Shown here piece after piece: positions 25,971 to 37,744 of a DNA stretch of 64,000 bases. The notes below the pieces were generated by a model. It worked only from the letters and a program-made list of their open reading frames with translations, made no database searches and was not told the DNA's origin. Origin of the DNA: Botryllus schlosseri (Eukaryota); assembly GCA_051294905.1 (NCBI GenBank), contig CM119379.1, positions 20,708,001 through 20,772,000 of the forward strand. The letters run 5' to 3'. The stretch's first letter is position 1. Every line of letters starts with the position of its first letter. A program made the position numbers and the translations under genes.

Positions 25971-26853
25971 ATTTACTGCGTTATTTCAACCTCCTCTTGA
26001 CTACGCCGACTGCTTGACCACCTCTGGTCACTATACTATACTACCAACTTTAGAACTATACCGTGCTGGACGTTATCGGCATAGGACAATATCAATGAAA
26101 GCAAAATACAGCCGTGGTTCCTTCTTTATTTCGTTTTCACTATACCACCGCGTCAAGATCATATATTATATAATATACCTGAAGAGCTAATAAGAGAGCG
26201 GACGTTGAAGCGCGATACCGCTCTGTAGTAATTTATAGCAAAATGAAACCACTTCAGTCGAAATTTGAGTTTGTTGTACTGACGTAGGCAAGCATAATAA
26301 ACCGAATGCCGCCTCATTTTTTCGGAGAACGCTATCGAATAGCCTACGCTGAATGAACTATTTTGTCATCCCGGTGCGGGCGAGGGGACATCGGAGACTT
26401 TGCTAATCCGTGTACGGACGGTATATTCACTTTCTTCTCGGCACTTTACTTAAGTGCGTGTCAAGTGTCCGCGGTAACGCTGCACACGCATTTGGGTTGC
26501 TACTGTCACATCATTCCCGGCGGTCTTAGTCTTTCGTGGCCTTGCCGGCGATGGTTTGCTTACAGATGTTCGTTACGCTCATGTCAACACGTAACAAGGT
26601 GCTGCTACATGTAAATTCTGTCGGGCAGCTAATGACACCAAACTAACGCTAGTTACTTCAATCAGGAGTATATTTTGTTTTCGTTGTTCATTTTTCAACG
26701 CCGTGTACTTGTGGTTTATAGCTTGTGACACTAAATCTTCAGCAGTTGCTTTATATCGAGCTTTAATATCGTGGCTTAATTACTCTTTGAAAGGTTTGTT
26801 TGATTATTTTATATAATTTATATGGCTCATGTAATGTAATCATTAAGACTTAC

Positions 26854-27048
26854 CAATTGTTGAAAAGCGGGTTGTTCAATTTCCGTTTGCAAAGCGAAGT
26901 CGCTGAGCGCTTTCCACGCTGGTTGCTGATAGTTTCGCACTTCCACGGGCTTCGCGTTGATGGTATTGTCGTTTCTGACCGGCTCCGACGCTACCATCGG
27001 AACACCGTGCAACCCTGAGAGTCCGTGACCGCCTCCATTAGGCATGAC
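26854..27048 (-). CDS. Isl: Islet exon 5, LIM-binding (Lhx3/4-interacting) domain
   Basis: Acceptor ccctgtag|GTC and donor TTG|GTAAGT; 195 nt. Includes GVPMVASEPVRND...PVEVRNYQQPAWKALSDFALQTEIEQPAFQQL, the Islet-specific C-terminal domain. Confidence 0.97.
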
Positions 27049-30000
27049 CTACAGGGCAAAAACTCGTTATAAAATCGTAATATCATTAGGCGTTACTTGA
27101 ACGGATTATAGACGGCGATAAAATCCATTATACTCTTCAGTCGGGCATTTTTTAATCATCAAGCGCCAGACACGTTGCAACAGGAACGTAATGTAAATAG
27201 TATAGTCGCACGTATCAGCATTCGAATAGTTTGTAGTGACACAATGCTAAGTCATCTTTGGGCCACAGTAATCTTTCAATAAATACAGATCAACTGCCTC
27301 ACAATCTTAACATGCGTTCGAATCACGGACCTATTGTGGGTCATTGGCACCGTTGGATTTCCGATTGTTTACAAATGGCTTAACCGTGCAACGACAATGA
27401 TTGACTATCCATACGGGTGGGTATCAATTTTGAAGAGAGTATATGCGGGACTGCTGGTATTAATTAGAAACATAACAGTCCCTAATCCTCAGCCACTTAT
27501 ATGTCTTGATATCACTTTAGTGGAGTGTCGAACTGTCCAGTGTCCATGCAAGTAGCAGCGTTTTCTTGGTGTCGCTAATTTAATCGCTGAACACAAGCAT
27601 ACGTCACTACACGCGCGAAACAGCTCTTGAGAAATACTCTGGTATTAAGCATTATTTGACGGGCGCATAATTCCTGGTATATATACGACCGGCGTGCGAA
27701 CATGTCATTTGACGGAATGATTAATCGTTATTTGCGCTACGTGACTGAGGCGGGACGCACATCCTGCTGCCAACGCATTTTTTGATTGATATTAACACTA
27801 GAGATCATGACCGCCATCACTAAACGCCGCAACATTCACACTAAGCTTTTACTCGAAACTGCATTCGATTATGTTTTGATAGAGCGCTGGCAACAGTCTT
27901 TGACAAAAATGGCTTGAAGATTAGGTCCAACGCCCCTGCATATTTTTGATATATGGCTATATGTTCACACAATATATATATATCATATCGAATAAAGTGC
28001 AATATAACGTTTACTTATAATTCTTCGATCAATCGGTCGCGAGCGATAAAACCCTCAGGCGAAGATAATTCACGAATGGACTGGATCCTTCAAATCGATA
28101 TGTCGCCTTGATGCGATAAGGTGCCCGTTTTGTTGAACCCCTTTACGAGTGATTGAAAGGAATGGGAATGTGATTGGAACCCGAATAATATGGAACGTTA
28201 ACTGAGCATTGTAACCTCGGCAATGCCCCGACTATAATAATATTCGGCAAGTTCCTTTCATTGTATTTAGGACCATAATAGTAAATACCATACCAATTAG
28301 CGTTGATTAGGATGATTTAACTGTTGTATAAGGGAGCTGGAAGATGTGATTTTTGTGAATCTCAATGTCGCTGCTAACTTACATTTTACACGGTTTTAAA
28401 TGGTATATGTCCAGTTATTTTTGTTCAAATCAATTTACATAGTTCTATTGATAAATTTTGAGGTGTTTTTCTCGGTATTTTCATATTTCTTTGTATTGTT
28501 TAAACACAAATTGCGTTGACGTAAACATTGAGGCATACAGAAAAAACGATTATCCCGGGGCGCAGTAAACTACACATGATTGATTTTTTTTCAGTTTGAC
28601 ATTGATGACGTTATGAAATGCCTGTTTATTAGTGACAGTTACATGAAGCGGTGTGTCCAATAATGCAGGGAAAACAGTATGGAGTTTTGTCAACAATCAA
28701 CAACCCTTCGTGGCTCCGCTTTTGATACGGTGTTGCCTTCTCGCTATATATTGCACACAAGTTTGTTTCCCCATTACCTGATTAAATATGTGGATTTGGT
28801 CGATATTATCGAGCGTGCTGCCATTCCGAATAAGGAAATTCGAGATAAAAATCCACGGGAGCAGCCCATTGATTTTGTGCTTGCTTATCGCGCACACGTG
28901 AATCTATTTCGATATCGAAATAGATAGAAAAGACGCTTATTTCGGTAAGGTGTTTTCAAACGGCGTGAAGCATGTTGAGTGACTGCATGATTACGCGTTG
29001 ACTGCTGCGTACTGCGCTCAAAATGGCGGTGCTAAATTCGTCTAAACTTCGGTGATGGATTTGGTGCAAACTTTCAAAAGAACTGATGGATCCTTGTCTT
29101 GGAATTATCCAGCGTTACGAATCGGCAGATGCGTTTTCACATGGATTCTAATCCACTGTCAAGTTTTCACGACTTCAGCCACGCCAGCGTGCCGTGAGAC
29201 AACGTCTCTTCCGTGTCAGGGCGATTTCGCGTCACGGTATTGTCGAAACATTGACACATCAATGCATAAAACATATTATGAAATATGCATAAGCATTCGT
29301 TTTTCCAAGACCGTTAATCCCTTCCGCATCAGTGACTTAACCACGTGTGACCGTTAGCGACATGTTGACGGTCAGCAGGTCAGCGCGCTCTCGGACGTTG
29401 AATGATTACTGTTGGAGTTGGAAGAAGTTTGCGGCAGTAACATCGTACATCAACGACTGTTGAAAGTCGGGTAACGTGACGGGTTTTCTTAAAGTCACAT
29501 GATCTGATTCGAACGCATTTGTTAACAATATTGTAGATGGCATCACAACAGTCATTGTAAACTGAGTTTTATTTATCATTTTTGTAATTCCAGGCATCGT
29601 TATATTTATTCTAATTCCTAATACTTTCTTGAAGCATGAGAACTGATATAAGCGTATTTGTATACAGTAATTTGAAATATTTCAAACTAAAAGCAAATCA
29701 TTTATATACAAATTCTGACGTCAAATGTACGACCATAGACATTAGACACATCGGTAGTTAAATGTTATGTTGTTGTTGTTGTTTTGGAGTACGTGGTGTT
29801 TTGACTACATTGGTCATTTTACACCGAGCCGGTGTGCGTTATGTTGTAGCGCTGCCCACTTTCGTTATAGGCTTTTGTAAGACGGATCAGATAGCGGGAA
29901 TGAGCCTTTGTCATTTGTCAATACCTTCTCGAAGCATGAGTTGTAACTATAAAGTAACTAAACGAATTTTCAGTAACGTCGACCTATATTACGTAGAACT

Positions 30001-30109
30001 ATATTTTCGTCGAATGCACGACTATAGAAATAGTTTAATGTTCTATTATTGGATTGTCACTGCGGTTTTCTTTCACGGAAATGACTCACACAAGGATATC
30101 GTAACTGAC

Positions 30110-30549
30110 CTGGTCGCCGTCCTGATGATGGTGTGGATTTTGGTGCTGGTCCTGCAATTGCTTCATGGCGATGGCCCTCTTCTTATCCTTGCATCTTTTG
30201 TTTTGAAACCAAACCCGGATCACCCTCGGCGAAAGCCCCGTCATCTCCACGAGCTGCTCCTTCATCAGCGCGTCGGGCCGCGGGTTGGCCGCGTAACAGG
30301 AACGCAACGTGTGAAGCTGTTTTTCGTTAAGTACAGTCCTGACGCGTGTCGTTTTCGGGTCTTTGTGCGAGCGCCTGCCCGCGTTCGATACGTTTGAGGG
30401 CGTTGAACTGCCGGCGACGCTGTTGCCCGTCGCCATATTGTGTCCGGGCGGCCCGACCCCCGGTATTACCGGGCTTAAAACGCCGCCGTTGGGCAGTCCC
30501 ATCGGTGACATGACTTGATTCATGGGGGCGTCTCCGTGATGATGTAACC
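30110..30549 (-). CDS. Isl: Islet exon 4, homeodomain
   Basis: Acceptor aattgcag|GG and donor CAG|GTCAGT; 440 nt. Contains [60 protein letters not shown], which differs from the vertebrate ISL1 homeodomain as I recall it by one T>S substitution. Confidence 0.99.
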
Positions 30550-31956
30550 CTGCAATTTAGGAGAGTTGAGGGTAAACTCGCGGCTACCATAATATATTAT
30601 TATCGCTCTTTACTTTGCCTATAGTTATGAGCTAATTATAAATCTTATACCTGTCCTATTCTTAGATATATTGATTGGATGCCAAGACGTGAGCAGACCA
30701 TATCGGGGCATATGAACAAACACTCTGCGAATATCTATGGCATAAGATTTATTTATACCTCTGCGAAAATATGCTACCTTATCCTTCGAACATTGACGTC
30801 ATATATGGTGTTTTAAAATGGCTTGGCCCTCATTCGCGAATGTTCAATTGTTCATGTCTGGTGGCTCAAAAGGATCTTGGAACATTGAACATGCAATGCT
30901 CTGACACCGTTTACGTCAGGGTGTTACTTGAGGTGCAAATAACTTTTTAAAACTGTCACGATACGTGACTTCTAAGTAGGAAAGCTCTTTCTTTTATGGG
31001 GATACTTTGTTATTGTTATAAAATGCTCGATCTGAAGTGTGTAGAATGGAACATGCTTCCTAGTACTATTAATCAGATTCGAGCCGATTTACTGAATCAT
31101 CTTACTGTGGTTCTCAAACTCAACACCCCTTTATCACGCTGCGCATGTCTTTATCGCCCCTAGAAAGGTCTGGCGGCGTCACAAGCGAAGTAAATCTACT
31201 TTACTGCAGTACTTGTATTGCTTACTCGAGTAGGGGATTGTTCCATAATTCTACTTCAATATTTTTGGGACTAAAATACTAATTTTTGGATACATATTAT
31301 TGAAGTGTAAAGTAGTTTTTGGATGCACTTCTCTTATGAGAGAATGCATCACCATCACCATGCAGTCCTAGACCTAGTTATGTAGTTCAAAGCGTTCACT
31401 ATGAAGACTAAGATAAGCCACGAATATAAGTAGAATGTTTTCAGATTGTGCTGATTTCCATATAGGAGTGATGCAGTTATACCCCAGTCCTACAGCGATT
31501 TCGTACGTTCAGAGTCGAGTTTATGCCAGTGAAGTCCATATAGCATGATGTCCAATGGAAAGAAGCAATAATACAAAAGAGGCAATGCCGTGAAAAATTG
31601 GAGGAAAATATGACGAAAATTATAATTGTATGGGATCATGTTTATGAATATGATATTTAAATTATACATAGGTCCCGTTTTAGATCGAAGCGATGGTTGG
31701 ACCAATGAATCGTATTATGAACGCTAATAAATGATAAAATACAGAATATTGTCAGGCGAACCGAGCTATTGTTCGTTGTACAACGGTCAATCATTGGATC
31801 GCTTTAACATCGATCGAAAATCCCCAAGAAATCGAAGATAAAAGCCCGGAGACTTTTTCGCCCCCCTTGTCTCGCGTAATCGCGAGAACCGAGAACCACT
31901 GATCTAACAGACGATACATATTTACAGTAACTTGAACTGCTTGATATTAATTATAC

Positions 31957-32171
31957 CTAATATGTCGTTGTGCATGACGGATCTTTCGACGTGATCCGCT
32001 ATGCAATAAAGTCCGTCTTCGCCCAGAGCGAATTCGTCTCCAGAGACGAGCTGTCTGTTGCAGGCGAGACACCTGAAGCATTCTACGTGGTAGATTTTAT
32101 TTCTTGCGCGCATTACGAGATCGTTCTTGGTAAAACCCAAGCCGCATTTGTTGCATTTGGTTCCGAAAAGC
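31957..32171 (-). CDS. Isl: Islet exon 3, LIM domain 2
   Basis: Acceptor ccttttgcag|G and donor G|GTATAA; 215 nt. Translates [71 protein letters not shown]. Confidence 0.97.
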
Positions 32172-33315
32172 CTGCAAAAGGAATGTGATTGAATTGAGTG
32201 AATTAAGAAGCGATGCTGCTGTAGGATACTTGTCTTGTATGACGTGTTTGCATGAAATTATTAAAATCATTACTACGTAAAGAACAAGTATTAAATTCTG
32301 ACATCCATGATTTTACATATAATGGACCAATTGCTGGATAGGTTTGGGCGTACTGCGACGTCTGTGCGAAATCGCGTGAGGTTTTTTCGCAATGACGAAG
32401 ATATTATATTACACGGACATCCCCAGACGATATTTGGCGCACTATATTTGGTACTTTTTTCCGCATTGTTGTCGCGATCAAACGCCTGGCGGTCCCAAGT
32501 GTGTGCGACGGATCAAACGGAATATATAGGTCTGTGGTGATTCTTGTTGAGTAGAGTAAGGCATTGCGGTAGCAGTAGTTTGAGAAACATGCTCTTCTTT
32601 ATTGACTGTCATTTTATTTTATTTCAAAACAATTTAGTGATTATTGTAAATCTATTTAAAAATATAACAATGATATACTATATTATATTGTTATGAAACT
32701 GTAGGCCTACCAATATTCTAGGTCTAATGATAAATGGGACCTTAGGACGAGCATGCTTACAGCACATATCTTCAATACAGTGCATTCACTTGCATACCAC
32801 ATTACATTGCATGAAGGACAGGTGTTATTGATTTAAGGCAGTTTTTCACTCAGAATCACCCTAAATTCTTTCTTTCGGGGGGTCTTAGGAGTTTCGCCCT
32901 TGTGTACAGCGTACACATTGTTACACCTCATATTGTCGTTCTTAAACTCGGAAAAGCATATTGTTCGCTTCTCCTCATGAAAACGTATGCCAGGAATTTA
33001 TGCCAGCTTTTTCACAGGCGGAACGTCAAGCGCCGGCGCGGCATGTGTTTGTAGAATGAGTCATTGCGATTTTTGCGTTCTTCCCAAGCGATAGTGTCGG
33101 GATATATATCAAAAGCGCTCGGGAATATATATCATAGAAAAATTATCATAAATTCCATCTTCCGTGCGGCTTGACACGTTAGCAGCGTGTGTTTTCATTC
33201 AAATTGTTGGTCGCGGCCGGCCGCTTCATGTTCATAAAAGTCTAATGTTCTACATGAAGTTAATTAAACTGCGGCACGTCTGCACGGGTTTCTTTATCCT
33301 GTGGCCCTTCGACGT

Positions 33316-33325
33316 TCCCTCGGGA
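33316..33325. promoter_or_regulatory. Perfect COE/Ebf consensus site TCCCTCGGGA in intron 2
   Basis: Matches TCCCNNGGGA inside a CpG-rich block. A single hit is not statistically significant on its own. Confidence 0.3.
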
Positions 33326-34375
33326 CTTACCGTGCGTATCACGGCAATAGTGAAATATTACGGAATGCGAAATTGTGTGCATAATATATCCGTTTTCTAA
33401 GTTAAGATCTTGTATGTGTGTGTATATTTTGTTATTTATGTTCTAATCTCTAATGTATTATCCGAAACAACCGATGCCAAAGATACTTGGAATACATGCG
33501 GCGATGTTTCCCGGAACATTTACATTGATTAGTACCGCAACTTTTATCAACCTTGACTCGAATCGCCATTCGACGAGTGACGTGCGACACAATGCCGGCA
33601 GTAATTGCGTGATGAAACTGGTGGCGTTTCGCCCGTTAGACGCCCAGACACGACACGGGTGACACGAGCAACCTTCACCGCCAGTGACGATTGATACCTA
33701 TCAACGGCTCGCAATACGCAAGGCCCGATTCGGATCCTGTTGTATCGGACCGGCGCGTGATTTTATGAGGTTAACGGGTGGAGCAGTAACATAAAAGCAG
33801 CCGTCGACAGTTGTGTTCAATGTAGATAATAACAATAATCGATGAATGCATCGGAATAATATCAATACCTCATCTGTAATTGGCCCGGATCGAATGCTTT
33901 TAGCCGGACGCGCCGCAATTATCGATAATGTTACCTAGCAAACTGGGAATAAGCTTCATTAAATAATGGATAACGGAATGGTAAGGTCGCGTGTCGAGAT
34001 TATACGCTGCAATACATCCGACCCTGAGTCGTTTCCAGAGGCGGCCCAACTATCCATCGTTGATACTCAAGTAGGTATAGGGGTAACGGCATACATTTCT
34101 AGTCAATTACAAGTAGAATTATCTATTTTCAAGAAGTGACCAAATTATTTCAAATGAAGGGTATGAAAAGTACTCTCGAGTAAGCGTTTTCGAAATGTAG
34201 ACTTGGTCGAAGGTTCGCACACTTTGACAATTTATCTGTCGTGGCTGTACTTTCGAAATTGCGAGATGCGTCTGAGACTGACGCAGAAGCACTGCAGGCT
34301 GCAAACCCTTCAAATATTCGAACATATTTATTTAACAGTTGGTGCGATGGCTATTTTCCGTGGTTTATGCAGATA

Positions 34376-34590
34376 TTTCACATAGAAGCAAAGTTATCCC
34401 GAAACTACTCAACACTGTCCAGGTTCAAAACGTAAAAACTGTTAAAGCCGAAGTAGTCTAAACATAACCACTTATGAAGATTTCACACAAAAGTGATTCA
34501 AAGCTATCCCGAAACTACTTTATACTTTTCTGAATCCAAAGCGTAAAAATTGTTCCAGTAGAAACAGTTTAAAACATAACCAACTGAGAA
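34376..34590 (+). repeat. Degenerate tandem duplication, period about 105 bp
   Basis: tttcac...tatcccgaaactact...aaa.cgtaaaaa.tgtt...aaacataacca occurs starting at 34376 and at 34481. Confidence 0.8.
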
Positions 34591-37554
34591 GCAGTGGAAG
34601 TACGCAAAACTGACTTGAGCACTTCGACAAATAGATCTATTTCGTTACTGACCATCTCTGGCTATTTCTCAACATATCTGCACAGCGGATGAGTTACGAT
34701 ACGCGCGCTGATTGCTGACGTAATCGCGACCGCACCGACGCGGATTTGAACTCTGAGTCGTGACTGATCGACCGCAGTCGTAAGTTGTCGAGAGATGCGC
34801 GGATTTGATTGACAAGCCGTACGAGTTTTCGAAATCGTGACATCACGCGCGCGAGGCTCGCTACGGAATCGCGCTCCTCCGGCTGCGCGCCGTGTCCCGT
34901 TTGTTTGGAATACGTAATTGGCAACACGTCGGATCGTTTGTATTGGTTCATTAAAAATTCCCGAGTCCGTAACTTATCTCGGCGATCTATGCGTAAACAG
35001 AAACAGACGCCCCCTTGTGCTGTACACTGTTAGATGCGCCTCGCTGAGCCCCAGTGTGGATAAATATCCCATCCTTCTAAGCTATAAGGTATAAAGTAGG
35101 AGGCCAGCGGTGGATCAACAGCTGCGCTGCACGTTGGTGCCATATTCCGTAGGGAGTGACAGCACTCATAAATAATACATCTCATTTTTGTGAGGAATGT
35201 AAATATGTAAATCTACGGGGAAACTCCGGTTCTGATAGACAAGTGTACGGGGCAGATCCGGCTTACTATAGAGGCTCCCATAATATGGTTCTGTCAGTAG
35301 TTGTTTTGACTCGCGAATGAGCGAGAAATCGGCCCATGATCTCAACCCGGTGATTGTCCGTTACAGTGTTGACCAAAATTAGCTACTGCACCTGACGGGG
35401 CAGTGGTTTGCCTTCTAGGTTACCAACATCGAAGGAATTACATCGAAAAGCGTTCTTCTGTTGTCACTCTTCGCGTACTTCAAATATATCGATATGTAAG
35501 GCTTGAATATTGCTACTCTGTAGTTATAGCTATAGTGTAGTAGTTATAGCTAGTGTAATGTTTTATACAGGATTTGATCGACTACTAAAATATTATGTGT
35601 GACATTAAGCTTATGGTATTGCGTCTAAGGGGCGCATGCTGAAATTTTAATCAAATAAAAAGTCTGCTCGGTTCATGTTGGATAACGGCTTCCGTTTGTA
35701 GGTGCTCGGTGTGGGTATTTGGATCGGATTTTCACGGCGGCTTATCCTTGCGGATTACAGCTCTCACCGCGATCCCTGGTCGGAGGATGCAAACACACGC
35801 GCGCTGTATACATCCGCAAATGCAATAACTTAATCCGGACTCGTGGAAAACTTGCCGAAACGTCTAGCTTGGGAAGGAATAATTAGGGTTCGGCAGTGTC
35901 CATCTTTTCCTGATACCTATTGTCGATTTTGGCCTTGCGATTGTCAAAATACAACGTAGCTATCACGCCCCCGTTCTGTTGTATGATTTCGGGCTATAGT
36001 ATTCAAGTATTCATTTGTAGTCCGCAAATATACTATCGCCAAGTTCAAGAGACAGAGTGCGCTAAGATTTTCTATAGTTCACGTATGGCAAAGTGAACGT
36101 CTGATTTCGACCATTGTATGTGACGTCACTGCTAAATATAAGTACCAAGTTGATATTACAGCTAATATTCGTTATGGCTGTCGTGTACAATTTATACTAA
36201 GATTAAATGCGTATTATTATTCGAGCCGATTTGCAGAGCTGTGGTAAAATAGATATTGTAAGACCCTCACGCCTAAATTAGCGTCCAGCAATTTCGCGAA
36301 GTAAATTTCCTTTTATTCTATGCAAGCCTGCGGAGCTGCGTTCCTTCATCATTGTTTAGTTGTAATGCAAACAGTCACAGGATTTAGGCGTGGGTGCTGA
36401 TTCGCTTGTGCCCTTATTTCTCGTTATGCGATGTACATTGTACTTGTACATTAGTGGCGTACGCGTGTTTAGACCACGGTGTTTGTAGCAGCGTGTTGTA
36501 CTACAACTGAATCGCCGGCTTGGTAAAAGTAATTACCAATGCTTACGCACAAAGTTGATACTTCTTGATGAATTATGACTGCAAAGTCCGAACACAGAGC
36601 AATCTAATCTTTTCCTACTTAGCGGATAATAGCGGCTGCATATGGTAATTCTACGTAATCTAACGGCTTCGTTCTGTTGCCGACCATATGTTGGCCTAAA
36701 CCTTCTCCAAACTTTACTGCCACAATCGATACCTCGGATCGATCCGCGTAAACATTCCGGGCCAACCCTCGCAAATTAGGTTACAACTCTAGAAAATATA
36801 TGATCTCGTTTGTAGAAATACAGCCTAATTAATTATGCGATCAACTACAATGTTGGCCATTAGGCCATCTTTTATGGAGGGCAAAGTAACACAATGCTTA
36901 CGCAACAAAGCTCGCTAATATCATTATAGCGGGATAATATAGATATTTATATACATTTATACACGCGGGATCAAGTGAGATATGTAAACAATCGAAATCG
37001 GTGTCAAGGCCGGGTTAATAACAAGAAAAACGCTAGAATTTCACAGGTGAAATCGTGTGACTTGTGTCAATCGTTTGACGAGCGTGAAATCGAATTGAAT
37101 AATTTGACAAGCCCGATCCCAGTGTCGAGTGATTGAAGACGCCGTGGCGTTGTGGCTTACTGAATACGATTACCCGCAATAACATGAGATTAGTTGAGTC
37201 ATGTGTTTTCAATGCGGTCTCGGCATTGCCAACAGTTGCAATGCAGTCCACTTTTCCTGTATCCTGTAGGCTACTTGTTGCAAGCACTGATCAACCACTG
37301 AACAAAATCTATTCGGCCTATTTACACAGTAATTGCAACGTACAAGTAAATCGTATTCGTGTTTGAATGACAGGTACCTCCAAGAAGCTCTACGGGTATT
37401 TATATTGTGGAATATCACCCAAGGAGATAAAAATGGCGAATATTGCCAAATCCCTTCGTAAAGGCAGCATAAAGTTCACAAGAATATGTATTCTGCCAGT
37501 GTGTCATGTACATTGTACAATTCGCTTATGCAATTTTACAATCCCCGAACTCAC

Positions 37555-37744
37555 ATGATATAGTCCTGTTTACAGTATGTCTTCCCGTCTCGCACGAAAC
37601 AAGTCCCCGTCTCGTCTAGATGTTGCCCACAATCTGTACATTTCAAACACCCGGCGTGCCATTCCAAATTCGGCGCCACCCGCATAATATACTGGTCGTG
37701 GATAGGGCCCCCGCATCCGGCGCAACAAGGTATCCTGTTAGGAT
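37555..37744 (-). CDS. Isl: Islet exon 2, LIM domain 1
   Basis: Acceptor tttttccag|ATCC and donor AT|GTGAGT; 190 nt. Translates [64 protein letters not shown] with full LIM Cys/His/Asp spacing. Not shown as such in the ORF track. Confidence 0.97.

Noticed and set aside
29762-30397. 211-aa plus-strand ORF
   Set aside because: Antisense shadow of the GC-rich homeobox exon plus intron sequence; no recognisable domain.
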